Shown: positions 23,960 to 35,835 of the stretch, in pieces
Layout: every line of letters starts with the position of its first letter
How positions within the stretch are numbered: the stretch's first letter is position 1
Source: Eledone cirrhosa
Taxonomy: Eukaryota
Assembly: GCA_964016885.1 (NCBI GenBank)
Contig: OZ024741.1
Coordinates: forward strand, 406,100,001-406,164,000
Direction: 5' to 3'
DNA length: 64,000 bases
The notes under the pieces: generated by a model
Told to the model about the DNA's origin: nothing
Database searches by the model: none
The model's input: only the letters and a program-made list of their open reading frames with translations
Position numbers and translations under genes: made by a program

Positions 23960-26462
23960 TGTTGAATAACTGGTTATTCTTCTAACTATATCTTCTGAAG
24001 ACACCTTTGAATTCGTAGAGATATCCGATTAAATGCATAATTCATTTTACCTTTGAATTCGTAGAGATATCCGATTAAATGCATAATTTATTTTACAAGG
24101 ATTTGCTACAAAAAGCATGGCTGAACATAACATCAACAACAAAATTAAGGAAGTACCGAAGACAACCAACAAGAAAGGTAAACAAACTTTATTCAGTTGT
24201 AGCTACAGAAGAGACCGAAATTATAAATCGCATTTCTCTTGGAGTTGCGAACTTAATGATGATTTATTTAATTGTTATAAAATGGCAAAAAACAATCCCT
24301 CCATTGGCTATATGAACAGAATGAGGCTACACTGGGACGAAATACACCCAGAGCTAAATTATTTCACAGCGAAACAATTACGCCAACAAGCGATGTTTGT
24401 TGAACGTAAAAATAAGATAAATATTACTAATTGTAAGTCCCCCACAACAAACATGGAATCAACAACACGTGCTACAGGTCGCATTGAAACAACTATGCCT
24501 GTAAGAAACTTGACACCACCTGTACCATCTAAGTCTACCTCGAATGCTGAGGAAAACACTATCAATAATAATAATAATCGAAAAAATTTTACACCACATT
24601 TACCATCCGAGTCTACCTCGACTGTTGTGGAAAATACTATCGATAACGATAATAATCAAAAGTATAAACAATTGAAAATTTCCCTCAACGAAATCTTCCA
24701 GAGAGAAATGAATTCATGTATAAATATCTCTCTTGCTGAACGTATTAAAACGACAATGTTTAATAAAAAACCAAATAATGAAATATTACGTGTTATTGAC
24801 GAATTAGGGGATGAATATTTACGACGGATAAAACCCCAACATTTTGGCCAATCAACGCCTGCTTATATGCCCTAGCAACGACAGTGAAGCATTATCTTGG
24901 TGATAGCAGAGATATTAACAAGAACAGAACACCACCAAAAATACCATCATATATAACTAAATTAGAAAAAAAGATTGCTGATCTACGAAAAACCATAGGA
25001 TATGTGACAATGCTCCTTACATGCAAACAAACACAAAAAAAACCTCACTCCTAACCAACAAAGAGTGAAAAATAAAATAGAGACGATGTTTGGTAACAGT
25101 AGAACCAGAACTCTTCAATATAAGCTGATCACCCTCAAACAAGAATTGAGAGCTGTTAGCGAAAAACGCCGATATTTGAAGAAGGTAGATGAGAGAAAAG
25201 TGCTTAAAAAAAGATTCAGACGAAACCAAACATCAGTCTATAGAGATATGAAGGGCAAAATAATAAGCGTCACTGAGGCCCTATCCCAGAAAGACATAGA
25301 TTCCTTTTGGAGGAAAATATGGGGTGAAAAGAAGAATTTCAACAAAGATGCAGTGTGGCTAAGAGAAATCCGAAAGAACTATTGCTCCTACACTACAACA
25401 AAAACATACGAAATAAGTGAGGGTACCCTTGAGACTGTGATAGGAAAACTCCAAGATAAGAAAATACCAGGAAGAGACATGATTGTCGGCTACTGGTACA
25501 AAAAAACTGATATTCTATCGGAGGTATCTTACTGACCTCTACCAGCAAGTTCTTAAGGGAGATACACTTATACCAGAATGGTTAACATTAACACAAACAT
25601 TACTGGTTCCCAAGAACAAAGACACCCACTTGGCAAAAAACTACCGACCCATTGTATGCCAGAACCTGATGTATAAGATGTATACAGCCTGCCTGAACCT
25701 ATTCCTCCAAGATCACTCCGAAAATAATAACATCATCACAGATGAACAAGCAGCTGGAAAGAAAGGGGTTTGGGGTGTGCTGAACAACTCCTAATCAACA
25801 AAACTGCGATGTCGGAGGTGCGACAACTTAGGAGGAATATGGCTACAGTCTGGCTGGACTACAGGAAAGCTTTCCATTCTGTTCCCCACTCTTGGATGAT
25901 AGCGGCCCTCCAACCTGCTAAAGTCCCAGACATTATTGTCAGAGCCATAGAGAAGCTGTCTTTTTCTTGGGCTACTATCCTAAGGTTAAAGACAGAGAGG
26001 GAAGACTGATAAAATAAAATATTGCAGGGGTATATTTCAGGGGGACTATCTCTCTGTGATATTGTTCATCTTGTCATTAAACCCCTTGTCCTTTATTCTC
26101 AAGAAATGTGAGGGATACATCATTGGTTCACAGGAGGACAGAAATACGAACCTAACCCATAATTTATTTGTGGACGATCTGAAACTCTAGGCCAAGAACA
26201 TGGATGGGATGAAGAAAAATCTTGACCTGGTTACAACGTTCACAAAGGATATAGGAATGGAGTTTGGCCAAGATAAATGCTCATACATGACTGTAAAGCG
26301 GGGAAAAACAACAACCCAATCTAGAAATATTTTCATCAATGGCCTAACTGTTTCACCGATATCTGATGAGGCCTGCTACAGATACCTGGGGATAGATGAG
26401 AACATATCCTATAATGGTATCTGTAATAAAGAACGCGTAACCAGGGAATACTACACCCGATT
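23960..26462 (+). mobile_element. Degraded R4/Dong-type LINE, 5' part through RT, 3'-truncated
   Basis: N-terminus W..ELN..L..CY..GYMNRM..W, then NYRPI, WLDYRKAF, GIFQGD, FVDD, FGQDKC and YRYLG. A 46-bp tandem duplication lies at ~24003-24090. Confidence 0.87.
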
Positions 26463-26806
26463 AAGAAAGCAAGGTATATATAGAGAACATGATGAATACT
26501 ATTACGGATACATTGGGGTGTTCATTATAACAACAGGAGGAAAGTGATATTTCAAGGACTGTAGTAGTAGTAAAATAATGTACTTAGAATCTATCTCTTC
26601 TCTGCTGCTGTCCAAACCACCTTTGACCAAGCAATTATATCTCACATTAGCACTCATGATCTTCAACAAATGAACTTAATTCTAAGTACATTATTTTACT
26701 ACTACTACAGTCCTTGAAATATCACTTTCCTCCTGTTGTTATAATGAACACCCCAATGTATCCGTAATAGTATTCATCATGTTCTCTATATATACTTTGC
26801 TTTCTT
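26463..26806. repeat. Inverted repeat, ~128-bp arms (26463-26590 / 26679-26806), ~90-bp spacer
   Basis: AAGAAAGCAAGGTATATATAGAG..TACTTAGAAT versus its reverse complement, about one mismatch. Confidence 0.93.
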
Positions 26807-27369
26807 TACTACTGTATTACCTGATTGCCTCTATTGTTGTTGTTATTGTTGTCTTATTCATGCACGATTTATTATTGATGCTGTGAAAGCTAAACCCCCA
26901 TGATTCGAACTAACAATCCCTACATCTAATAGAGGCCACTTAAATAACGAATCTACAACTCCACTTTACACCATATAAAAATTACCATCCTCATAACAAT
27001 GAAAATATTTTATCTGTCAGATAATAAATAAATCTTCAACTTATGGCTAGCAAACCTACAGTAAAGCAGATAGTCCATAATTCCAGGCCCCAAGTTATCC
27101 GTTTGCCACCTATGCACTATATCTAGTGTACCCCATGACAGCTTTCACATGTCAATTTCATACATCTGTATCGTATCAGATCGTTTTACATGCTAAGGTC
27201 ACCATCATACTCTATTTCTTACTTAGATTGATGTTGTGATTGTTTTAACTATTTACTATCTAGCTAATTTATTTGAGTATTGTTATTATTTATAAGTATG
27301 TATACATACATACATATATGTATACAGACATACAGTAGCATGAATATATATATACATACATGCACACAT

Positions 27370-28775
27370 ATATATATGTACGTATGGATTCACCAAACAT
27401 TTATTATAATGCTCGTATTAAGCCGTAGTGTCTAGCAACCACCGTTGCTCGTTTGTTCAACACTGACAAAGGAACGATGTACTAGTTTCAAGCTTGTTAG
27501 CTATCGTCAGCAACGTATACCTTCCTGCCAGATAGTTGTACGTCCGAAAGTATATACTTTCCTTATGCATATTAACGGCTGATATATATACACCCACATA
27601 TGTGCACACAATCATATACATATATACATATATATATATACACACACTGATACATACATATATATATGTACACACACATACATGTACACACACATACATA
27701 TATACCCACATATATATATTCCCATATCATACATACATAGATACATATATACCCATGCAATTACAGGTGGTTATGTACCTTGTTGCCTTTAGTCATTAAC
27801 GCATGAATCTAAGGAAGCTAAAAAATTAAAAGGTTAAAAAAAAAAAAAAATAAGCAGGAATCCGTATAATTAGAGGAAGGGGATACTAACAAATGTTACG
27901 TTACATAGAATTATAGTGAGTTGCTATTTAGAATATTTAATTAGGTTTATAGTACTTAAATGTTTTTCGTATACGGTGATTACAAGCTATAATCAGTTCC
28001 TGTCTTTTATTCAATAAATCGTCCTTAGATTTAGTCATTTCCAAGATCTCCCCTGAACATAATCTGCATTCTCTCCTGTTCCCAAGATATTGAGTTCTTT
28101 GTAGAATGGTGTTCCACGATAGCTTGAAATCTATTTTTTTCTTTTTATAGTTATTTACTGCTTCAGCTAAAGATGTGGTGTTAGCTAGTTTAGTATTGTT
28201 AAAGCTACTAGAGTGTGCGTAATATCTTTTCTTAAATGTGTTCGATGTATATCCTATATATGTTTTGTTGGAGTCAGTAGTAGACACAGTGCATTTAAAC
28301 ATTACATTATTAATCAAACAGTTGCCATTTAAGGGGCAAACGCTTCTATTTCTGCAATTACAACCATGCTTAAGATGGTTGTTGGGGGGTACCTACATAG
28401 TTCTCATTAATCATTGATATTGTAATTAATATTGTAATTAATGTTAGCGAGAAAATGAAGGCTGCTCTGTGGGTGGTTTAGTGCTAGGGTTGTATTGTAA
28501 TTTTGTGTTGTGTTGTTTTTGTGTTGGTGATTTGGGTGGTTGTAGTTTTCCAGGTTGAAGATTTGTATTATTTGTCCTTTTAAAAGGTGCAGTCCTATTT
28601 AAATTATGTTGTGGTGGTGTGGTCATATTATTTTTAAATTTATAAATGTTGTAGTTGCTTATTTTTTGCTGGAGATTGCTTGATGTAGAGTATGAGAATT
28701 TAACAGTATACCTGTTAAATATTTGGTGGTATCTGTGGTTTGGTGGAAAATGTTTATGTAGAATTTCGAAGAAAT
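27370..28775 (-). mobile_element. Naiad-type PLE 3' fragment (PLE3): RT thumb, GIY-YIG, 3' UTR with hammerhead
   Basis: KHFPPNHRYHQIFNR..SYSTS, CNCRNRSVCPLNGNC, YIG..FKKRYYAH, CRLC..E and LLNKRQE..CNH; stop at 27937. Confidence 0.88.
27474..27516 (-). ncRNA. Minimal type I hammerhead, canonical CTGACGA core
   Basis: ACGTTG-CTGACGA-t-AGCT aaca AGCT-t-GAAA-CTAG-TA-CATCGT, with a palindromic stem III. Confidence 0.85.
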
Positions 28776-28959
28776 TTGACTATATGACAACATGCAATTA
28801 TCTGAGTTTGATTATTTGTACAAAGACACACTTGAAAATATTTACTATTTTATATTTTAAGATGTATCATACGCTGTATTATACTATGTACCATGTACCA
28901 TACCGTACTATATTATGTTACATTATATTATTTTATTATATTATTATATTTCATTATCT

Positions 28960-29140
28960 TTGGCAGTATCGGTAAAGGGTCGGACGCCATGCTTTGCAGC
29001 ACAGTTACGTCCCTTTACGGACTGAGTTCAAATCCCGCCGAGGTTAACTTTGCCTTTCATCCTTACGGGGTCGATAAAATAAAGTACCAGTAATGCACTG
29101 AGTAATTGCTGGCCTTGTGCCAAGAGTAGAAACAATTATA
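28960..29140 (+). mobile_element. SINE family A
   Basis: A and B boxes, core motif and GAAACAATTA tail. Confidence 0.88.
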
Positions 29141-29501
29141 CTATTATAATTTTCATCTTTTAATATACTATCTTTCCTAGTCATGACCATGATTTATATT
29201 CACCTAAAAACTCCATACAACACAACTCAACATTTAATTTTTACATTCCTTTTAAACTTCACTATACCATATACATTCAACTATCAATATAACAATCCCT
29301 TTTTTCCTCATAGGTTCTTTATAGCAATTCTATTTTTAACACCTTTCAACCATTCCTTTCAAAGGGTCATGACCTCAACTAAAGGGAGTTATTTTTCATC
29401 TTAACATCATATGGGGAAAAAACAATTTGATTGGCTTGTTCTTCGGCTACCTCCAAATAAGGTCATAGAACTCAATTTACTACTGATTTTGAATAGAATT
29501 C

Positions 29502-29588
29502 TCATTGCTTTTGACAACAGCAGATGATATACATGTAACTAAGCGTACGATGTATTATTATCACCTAGAAACGATCGTAAAGCAGTGA
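29502..29588 (+). ncRNA. Type I hammerhead with U3-A8 variant core (TTGACAA), probable PLE 3' remnant ending in (TA)n
   Basis: TCATTGCTT-TTGACAA-long stem II (GATGAT/ATTATC, ATACAT/ATGTAT)-GAAA-CGATCG-TA-AAGCAGTGA. (TA)n starts at 29604. Confidence 0.68.
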
Positions 29589-29599
29589 AGTATATTTTA

Positions 29600-29667
<68 letters not shown>

Positions 29668-29840
29668 GTGTAGACAAAGTTTCATACACTTAACATGTAT
29701 GTGCATATACAGTTGAGTATATGACAGTTTGTTTTATTAAATAAGCTCCCTTCCAACAGATTGAGCAGTTTTCCAGGATTTTTCATCCACGGATTTCTAC
29801 CACCGTATATATATATAGAGAGAGAGGAGATAGATAAAAA

Positions 29841-30043
29841 ATGTTATTAGCCACAAGGGCACAAAAGAAGGGGACAAATACAAATGGGGAGTTTACATAC
29901 AGGTATATGAAAATAAAACTATTAATAAAATAACAAATAACAATTGAAATCCCCAATAGGGGAGGTGTTACACAGGAGTTGTACAGGCCCCGAAAAAATG
30001 TACAACCCTCATCTCCAGGAGTGAGTACTCCCTTCCTCTCTTC
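29841..30043 (-). mobile_element. Tx1-type 3' UTR-only fragment (T3)
   Basis: Near-identical to 39925-40137 and flanked by short GATA runs. Confidence 0.88.
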
Positions 30044-30060
30044 CTATATAGATAGATAGA

Positions 30061-33000
30061 AATGTTTCTTTTATTTGCCACCAGGGCATCAAAAGTGGGA
30101 CAAGTACAATGGGCGGAGTTTACAAAACAAGGCGTCCTCAATAAGGAGGAGGCAATAACAAAATATAAAAATAAAATAAAATATAACAGAATAAAATATA
30201 TAACAAAATCCTCAATAGAGAGGAGGCGCCTTGGGGGGGGCGCACACACCCTCGAAAAAAGTGTGCAACCCTTTTCCTCAGGAGCACAGAGAAGGGGTGC
30301 TCCCTTGGTCTTTCATCTTCCTCATCTATAGTCTGATGTAGAGTGAAGGCCCATTCACACGGGCCATTCTCGCCACTTTCACCCATCTTTCATAAAAACG
30401 GCTGGGGTGCAGCACCTCTCTCTCCATCCTGATCCTTCTTCCGAAATGATATCGGAAAAAACGGACCAGTTGTTGGCCAGGGAGAAAGGTGTCTGACCTC
30501 AGTCCTTTCAGACGCGTCCACCATACAACCTCTTTCGCCATGGCTATTACGCACAGAAACACTGCCTCTCATTCGTTTTTGAAGAGGGGAGGCGGCTTGA
30601 TCGTTACAATAGACTCGGTGGTCAACCGGATCGGTCCCACCCTTGACAGCAGTTGTTCGACATAGCCCCACAGATCAGCAATGCCCGAGAAGTGTACCAA
30701 TGCGTGTGCAACGGTTTCCTAGTCGCACACGCATCTGGGACAGATCTTTTTCGAGGGGTCCCTACCCGGGCGCCCGTGTCTGTAGAGCCTTTCTCGAACG
30801 GGCAGAGCCCTTCTGTAGCACTGCCAAGCCAGGGACCTCTGGAAGTTATTCATGGGTCCCGGGCTGAATGTCCTACCGAACAGGTTGGCCAGTTTGTCTT
30901 CCTCCATGCCTAGGGCTTCTCCGAGGGCGTCGTCGCACCTGCTAACCACCAGCCTTCTATAGAATGACGAGATGGATTCTCCACTGACAGACGGGTCCGC
31001 CTGCCAGAGGGCCGTGAGCGCATGGGCACACTCGGTGTGCCAGGCGCCCAGTTTTCTCGGTCTTTGCTTGACCCAGGATTGCAGCTCGGTGAGTGAGACG
31101 AGTCTGGGAATGGCTCGCCTCACAAACGGGGCCCACACCGGTTGACCGGAGAGGAATACCTAGAGGTGCCGTAGCCTTAATGCGTGTTTACGTATCATTA
31201 GCCACGGCATTCCCAACCCTCCTTTCGAAGGGTGTTGACAGCAGATGGATCTCCTCACCATAGGAGCCGGCTTCTTCCAAAGGAATTGGAAGAGTGCGCG
31301 CTCCATTTTGGCGAGCGTTTCCCTTGGGCAAGGCACAACGGTCAGGCGGTAGTAGATGACGGACGCTATATAAGTGCTCGCCACCTCCGCCCGACCTTTC
31401 AGGGACAGTTTGCACTCGGCCCACTTCTGGGTCAGTGCAAACACCCAGTTCATCTCCACCTGGAGGTCTGGTCCGAACCAGACCCCGAGCAACTTCACCG
31501 GGCCCTCCGTCCAGCGCCCGACGACGTCATCGGAGGGCATCGATCTGCCCCTCCACGTGTCGAGTTGCAGACCGATCGACTTGTCGCGGTTCAGCTTAGC
31601 CCCAGTAAACCTTTCGTACTCCTCCAGTAAGGTGCCGATCGCCACGATTTCCGAGGCCGTAGACACCATTACTGTTACGTCGTGGGCGTAGGCCGACACC
31701 GCTTTCCGCAATCCCGGTTCCAACGGGATGCCCTGCAACAACTCCAACTTCCGCAGCAGTGGCTCTAGAGTCATTACATACAGAAGGGAGGAGAGAGGGC
31801 ACCCTTGTCGGATGGACCGCGCGATTTCGAACGGCTCCGAGAGGTAGCCGTTCACCTTGAACCTAGAGCAGATGCGGCTGCTGTGCATGGCATTGATCCA
31901 GCCCCTGAAAACGGGTCCGAAGCCTGCCGCCGCTAGCACCGCATCCAGGTAACCATGCTCGACCCTATCGAATGCCTTAGATTGATCCAAGTTGATCAGG
32001 GCCCCACCAAAGCCGGGTTCGTTCCCAACCCTCTCTATGATGGTGGAGGTTGTCGTGGATGGACCTGGACGGGATAGCACATGTCTGCGAATCTCCCACC
32101 AGGTTGCCCACGACAAGCGCCAACCTCTTTGCTAGCACCTTGGCCAAAATCTGTAACTCTGTATTTAGCAGAGTTATGGGCCTGAAATTATTTATATCGT
32201 CCCCCTTGTTCTCGTCCTTCCTCACTAGCGTGACTACGCCCTTGGTCACAGCCAGGGAATTCTCCAGTTATGTCGCCAGTTGCAGTAGACCGCCTCGAGG
32301 AGATCGGGGAACAAGTCCGGCATAGCTAGATATAGTTCGTATGGAAGACCATCGAGACCCGGGGATTTGCGTTTGCCGCATTGGCTCAGCACGTCCTCTA
32401 TCTCAGCGGCTGAAATCGGCTCCTCGCAGGACTTCGCCTCCCTGTCCGAGAGACGCGGCAGGCCGTCGAGGTATGGACCGAAGTCCACATCCCCAACCGG
32501 CTCCCCGCCCCTTCCGAACAATCCGGCAAAGTGCTTTTGAAAAGCCTCGCACATCTGCTTAGGTTCAAGGATCACTCGTCCATCCTGGTCTCGCAAAGAT
32601 CGGATAGTGGATTTGCTCCCTCTTTTGGCTTCTGTCACGCGGGCCGAGCTAACAGCTTTGGTCCCCTCGTTTCCCAGAGCACGTATTTTGCTTCAGACGA
32701 TGCAGCCTTCGTGTTTCGCGTCGAAGAACTGGCCCAGGGCCGTTCTCGACGCTAGCACTCTGGCCACGTCGCCGCTTCTAATTGCCTCTTCTACACTATC
32801 TACCAACTCCCTTTCCTTCCTATTTCTATTTGAGGCTAACTCCTTACTAAATTCTATAGAGACTACTCTAATCTCTCTTTTGAGAGATCCCCACCACCTG
32901 CTGTTGACGATGGCGCCCATCAACCGCTCCTTAACTAAAGTGCTAATCCGGTCCCTGTAAGCCTTACTTGCCGGTAAGGACAAGTTGAGCTTCCAGTAAC

Positions 33001-35742
33001 CGGGTCCCTGTCTATGAGTTCTGTCAAGGTTGACCATGCAGGTCACTAACTTGTGGTCTGAATAGCCAACCATGCGCATTTTTGGACAACTTAAAAAGGC
33101 CTTATCCTTAATTCTAACTAAGAACCTATCTAGGTACGACCTAGATGATCCGCTATGATTTGCCCAAGTCCAGGTTGGCGCAGTCGGAAAATCTAGTCGA
33201 TATCTATCGGCCAGGTCAAATCGACCGATTAACCCTTTGAGGCTATTACACCCCTCTCTATCGGGACAGGCCCCTACGTAGTCCCAGCGTGCATCTAGGA
33301 TACCATTCCAGTCCCCCACTAATAGCAAGGAGCGGGACGTCCCTAGAAAAGTCTCCAGACGATGGAAGAAGTCCGGCCGCATTGACCCGAAAGGGCCGTA
33401 TGCGGCTACCAACCTAAACGTTCCGCCTTCACCACTGCCAAGGTCCAGAACGACTAGTCGACTCTCCGAGTCCAAATGTACCATCTGTGTTGCGAGACCC
33501 AGATGTTTTTGCAGCAGAACGACAACCCCACCCCCAACTCCGGGCTGACAGAGAGATGCGTGCATCTCAAAGTCATCAAAGGTGGGGGCCAGCTGTCGCA
33601 CGTTGCTGATCCGGGCCTCGCAAATAACCATCACATCTATACGTTGTGACCTGAGGTCATTTAGAAGCATTGCTTGCTTCCAAGTTGAGCCCAGGCCACG
33701 CGCATTTAAACGGCCTACTCTTAGCATAGCCATGTTGGTGGTGAAGAGAAAAGGCACTTACCTCTCTGCGTCCCGGGTATCGGGCTGCACAATTTCCATT
33801 AGGGTGGGGGATGGGTTGTTGAGTGGGGTGTGGTTTGTGGAAGTGTAGGGGCATCAGTGTGTTGTGTGGTTGGGGTGTTTGGAGTTGTGTGGGTGTTTGG
33901 GGAGGGGGTGGGGTAGTTTTTTTAGAAGGACGTGGTTAATGGGCCCGACGCAGGGGGGACCCACGTCCTCTTTAAAGTTGTTTTTTAAAGTTTTATAAGT
34001 GTCCTGTGGGGCCTTAATCATTTTGAGGTGTTGGAAATCCCCTGCCTGGGTGAAGTTAGGCCCTTGGGTTTTTATTGTATTGTTGTTGTACACAATGTTT
34101 AACAGTTTTTTGTTTCTTGTGTTTATGTATGTGTATGCATGTTTTTGTTTTTGTGTGGTGTTTTTTGTTTGCTGTTGTTGTGAGCTCTTTTGTGTTGGTG
34201 TCAGTGTTATGTTTTGGGGAGGGGTTGTTTTCATTTGTGTGTCTGAGGTGTGGTTTTCTTTTTTTTCTTTTGATTGTGTGGAAGTGCTCCTCCTCGTCTG
34301 ACGACGAACTAGGGTCATCTTCCGCGTTGGAGGGGAGGGGTATATTTTCGGGTTGTGTTTGCGGTACGGGTGTTTTGGAAATTGTTTTTTTTTAGTGGGG
34401 AGGATGGGTTGGACATTGTTTTATTTTGGTTTGAGCTGTGGTTGTTGTTTTTGTAGTGGTAATTGTATTGGTTGTGTCGGTTGTGCAGTTGTTGGTGGTG
34501 TAGGCAGGATTGGGGTTTTCTTATTAAGTTGGGGACAGACAGCCCTCAGGTGACCTCTGGTTCCGCAGAGGTAACACGAGGGCCGCCTACCCTCAACGGT
34601 AATGTTGATGAAAGTTTGATCCTCCAGTATGACGCGTTCAGGGATCTGGGCGATCCTTTCGGGCCTCATTTGAACTACAAGTTCGTGGCTCGTTCCACTG
34701 AACGCGTCACTCGATGCCTTTCCCATGGACACCAGCATGTCATCATCCAGGTTCAGGAAACCTGTCAAAACCCACCATATGTCCATAATCGGCAGGATGG
34801 TGTGGATTTTTATTTTTTGTGTTCTTCTACCCATGTACGTAGGGTAGAAGGTGTATGCGGTGGGTGTGATTGGTTTGATGGACAGTTTCACTGCTGTGTC
34901 CCTGTCCTTAATGAGAATGGATAGACTCCCGTAGAGTCTATCCTTCTGAATGAAGGTGATGTCTTTCATGACGTCTTTTAAAACCAGCTCTATCTCACTC
35001 TGTGATGGTTGAGCTGGTTTTTTGCTTTTATTCGAGATTGTCCTAAACATGACAGTGTTTAGGAGTCTCTGGCTTTTTAGTTCCGGGGGGAATGCATCTT
35101 GAATGAACCATTTTCCCCGTACACTATATATTTTTGCATCTGCCAATAGCTCCTTCGCTTTGGTTATATCTACTGGCAGATAGTCGAGGGTTTTCCTTGC
35201 CGTCTGGGCGAAGGAGACCCTTTCCCTGCTTGTGTTGCTGTTGTAGTTGGTGGTGTTGTTGCTATCATTGTTGTTGTTATCACAGTTATTGGTTTTGTTG
35301 TTGTTGTATTGTTATTGGTTTTGTTTTCGTCCGGCGCATTGTTGTTGTTGCCGCTGGTTCTTTGGTTTGTTGCCATGGCAACGTCAAGTTGTCGGTCAGC
35401 AGATGGAGAAAATCCTTCCTCTGGCTGACCTTTGTTTTTGACCTCTGCTACTGTGACAGTGGCAGGGGGAAGCTGTAAGTTTATCTTCCTTTTTCCTCCT
35501 TCGAATTTTGGTGAAGAAGCTTTAGCCATTTTAAAAAATGTTAACTTTTCAACAAGAAAAAAAACTTTTTTTGTTTAACTATTTCGCCTAAAGGCGTAGA
35601 ATATTTTGAGAGACTGACCAGATCAAAATTTGACCTGGCAGTCCCTCTACAAAATGGTACAAAAATTAGAGTTTACAGACAAGAATTTCTATAGAAATTT
35701 AAACAGAACTTACTCAGCAAGTTATACGCGTGTGTCCATCCC
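30061..35742 (-). mobile_element. Full-length L1/Tx1-type LINE (T4) in (GATA)n, disrupted
   Basis: ORF1 (~35529-33758) has CYLCGTRGHLRAVC. ORF2 (33733-30326) has APE, RT (YAHD in place of YADD) and zf-RVT. Confidence 0.92.
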
Positions 35743-35743
35743 A

Positions 35744-35756
35744 GAGATAGATAGAT

Positions 35757-35835
<79 letters not shown>
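35744..35835. repeat. (GATA)n microsatellite between T4 and T5
   Basis: Direct reading. Confidence 0.97.

Noticed and set aside
29660-29705. Hammerhead-like fragment on the minus strand (stem, GAAAC-TTT-GTC)
   Set aside because: There is no recognisable CUGANGA-type core.
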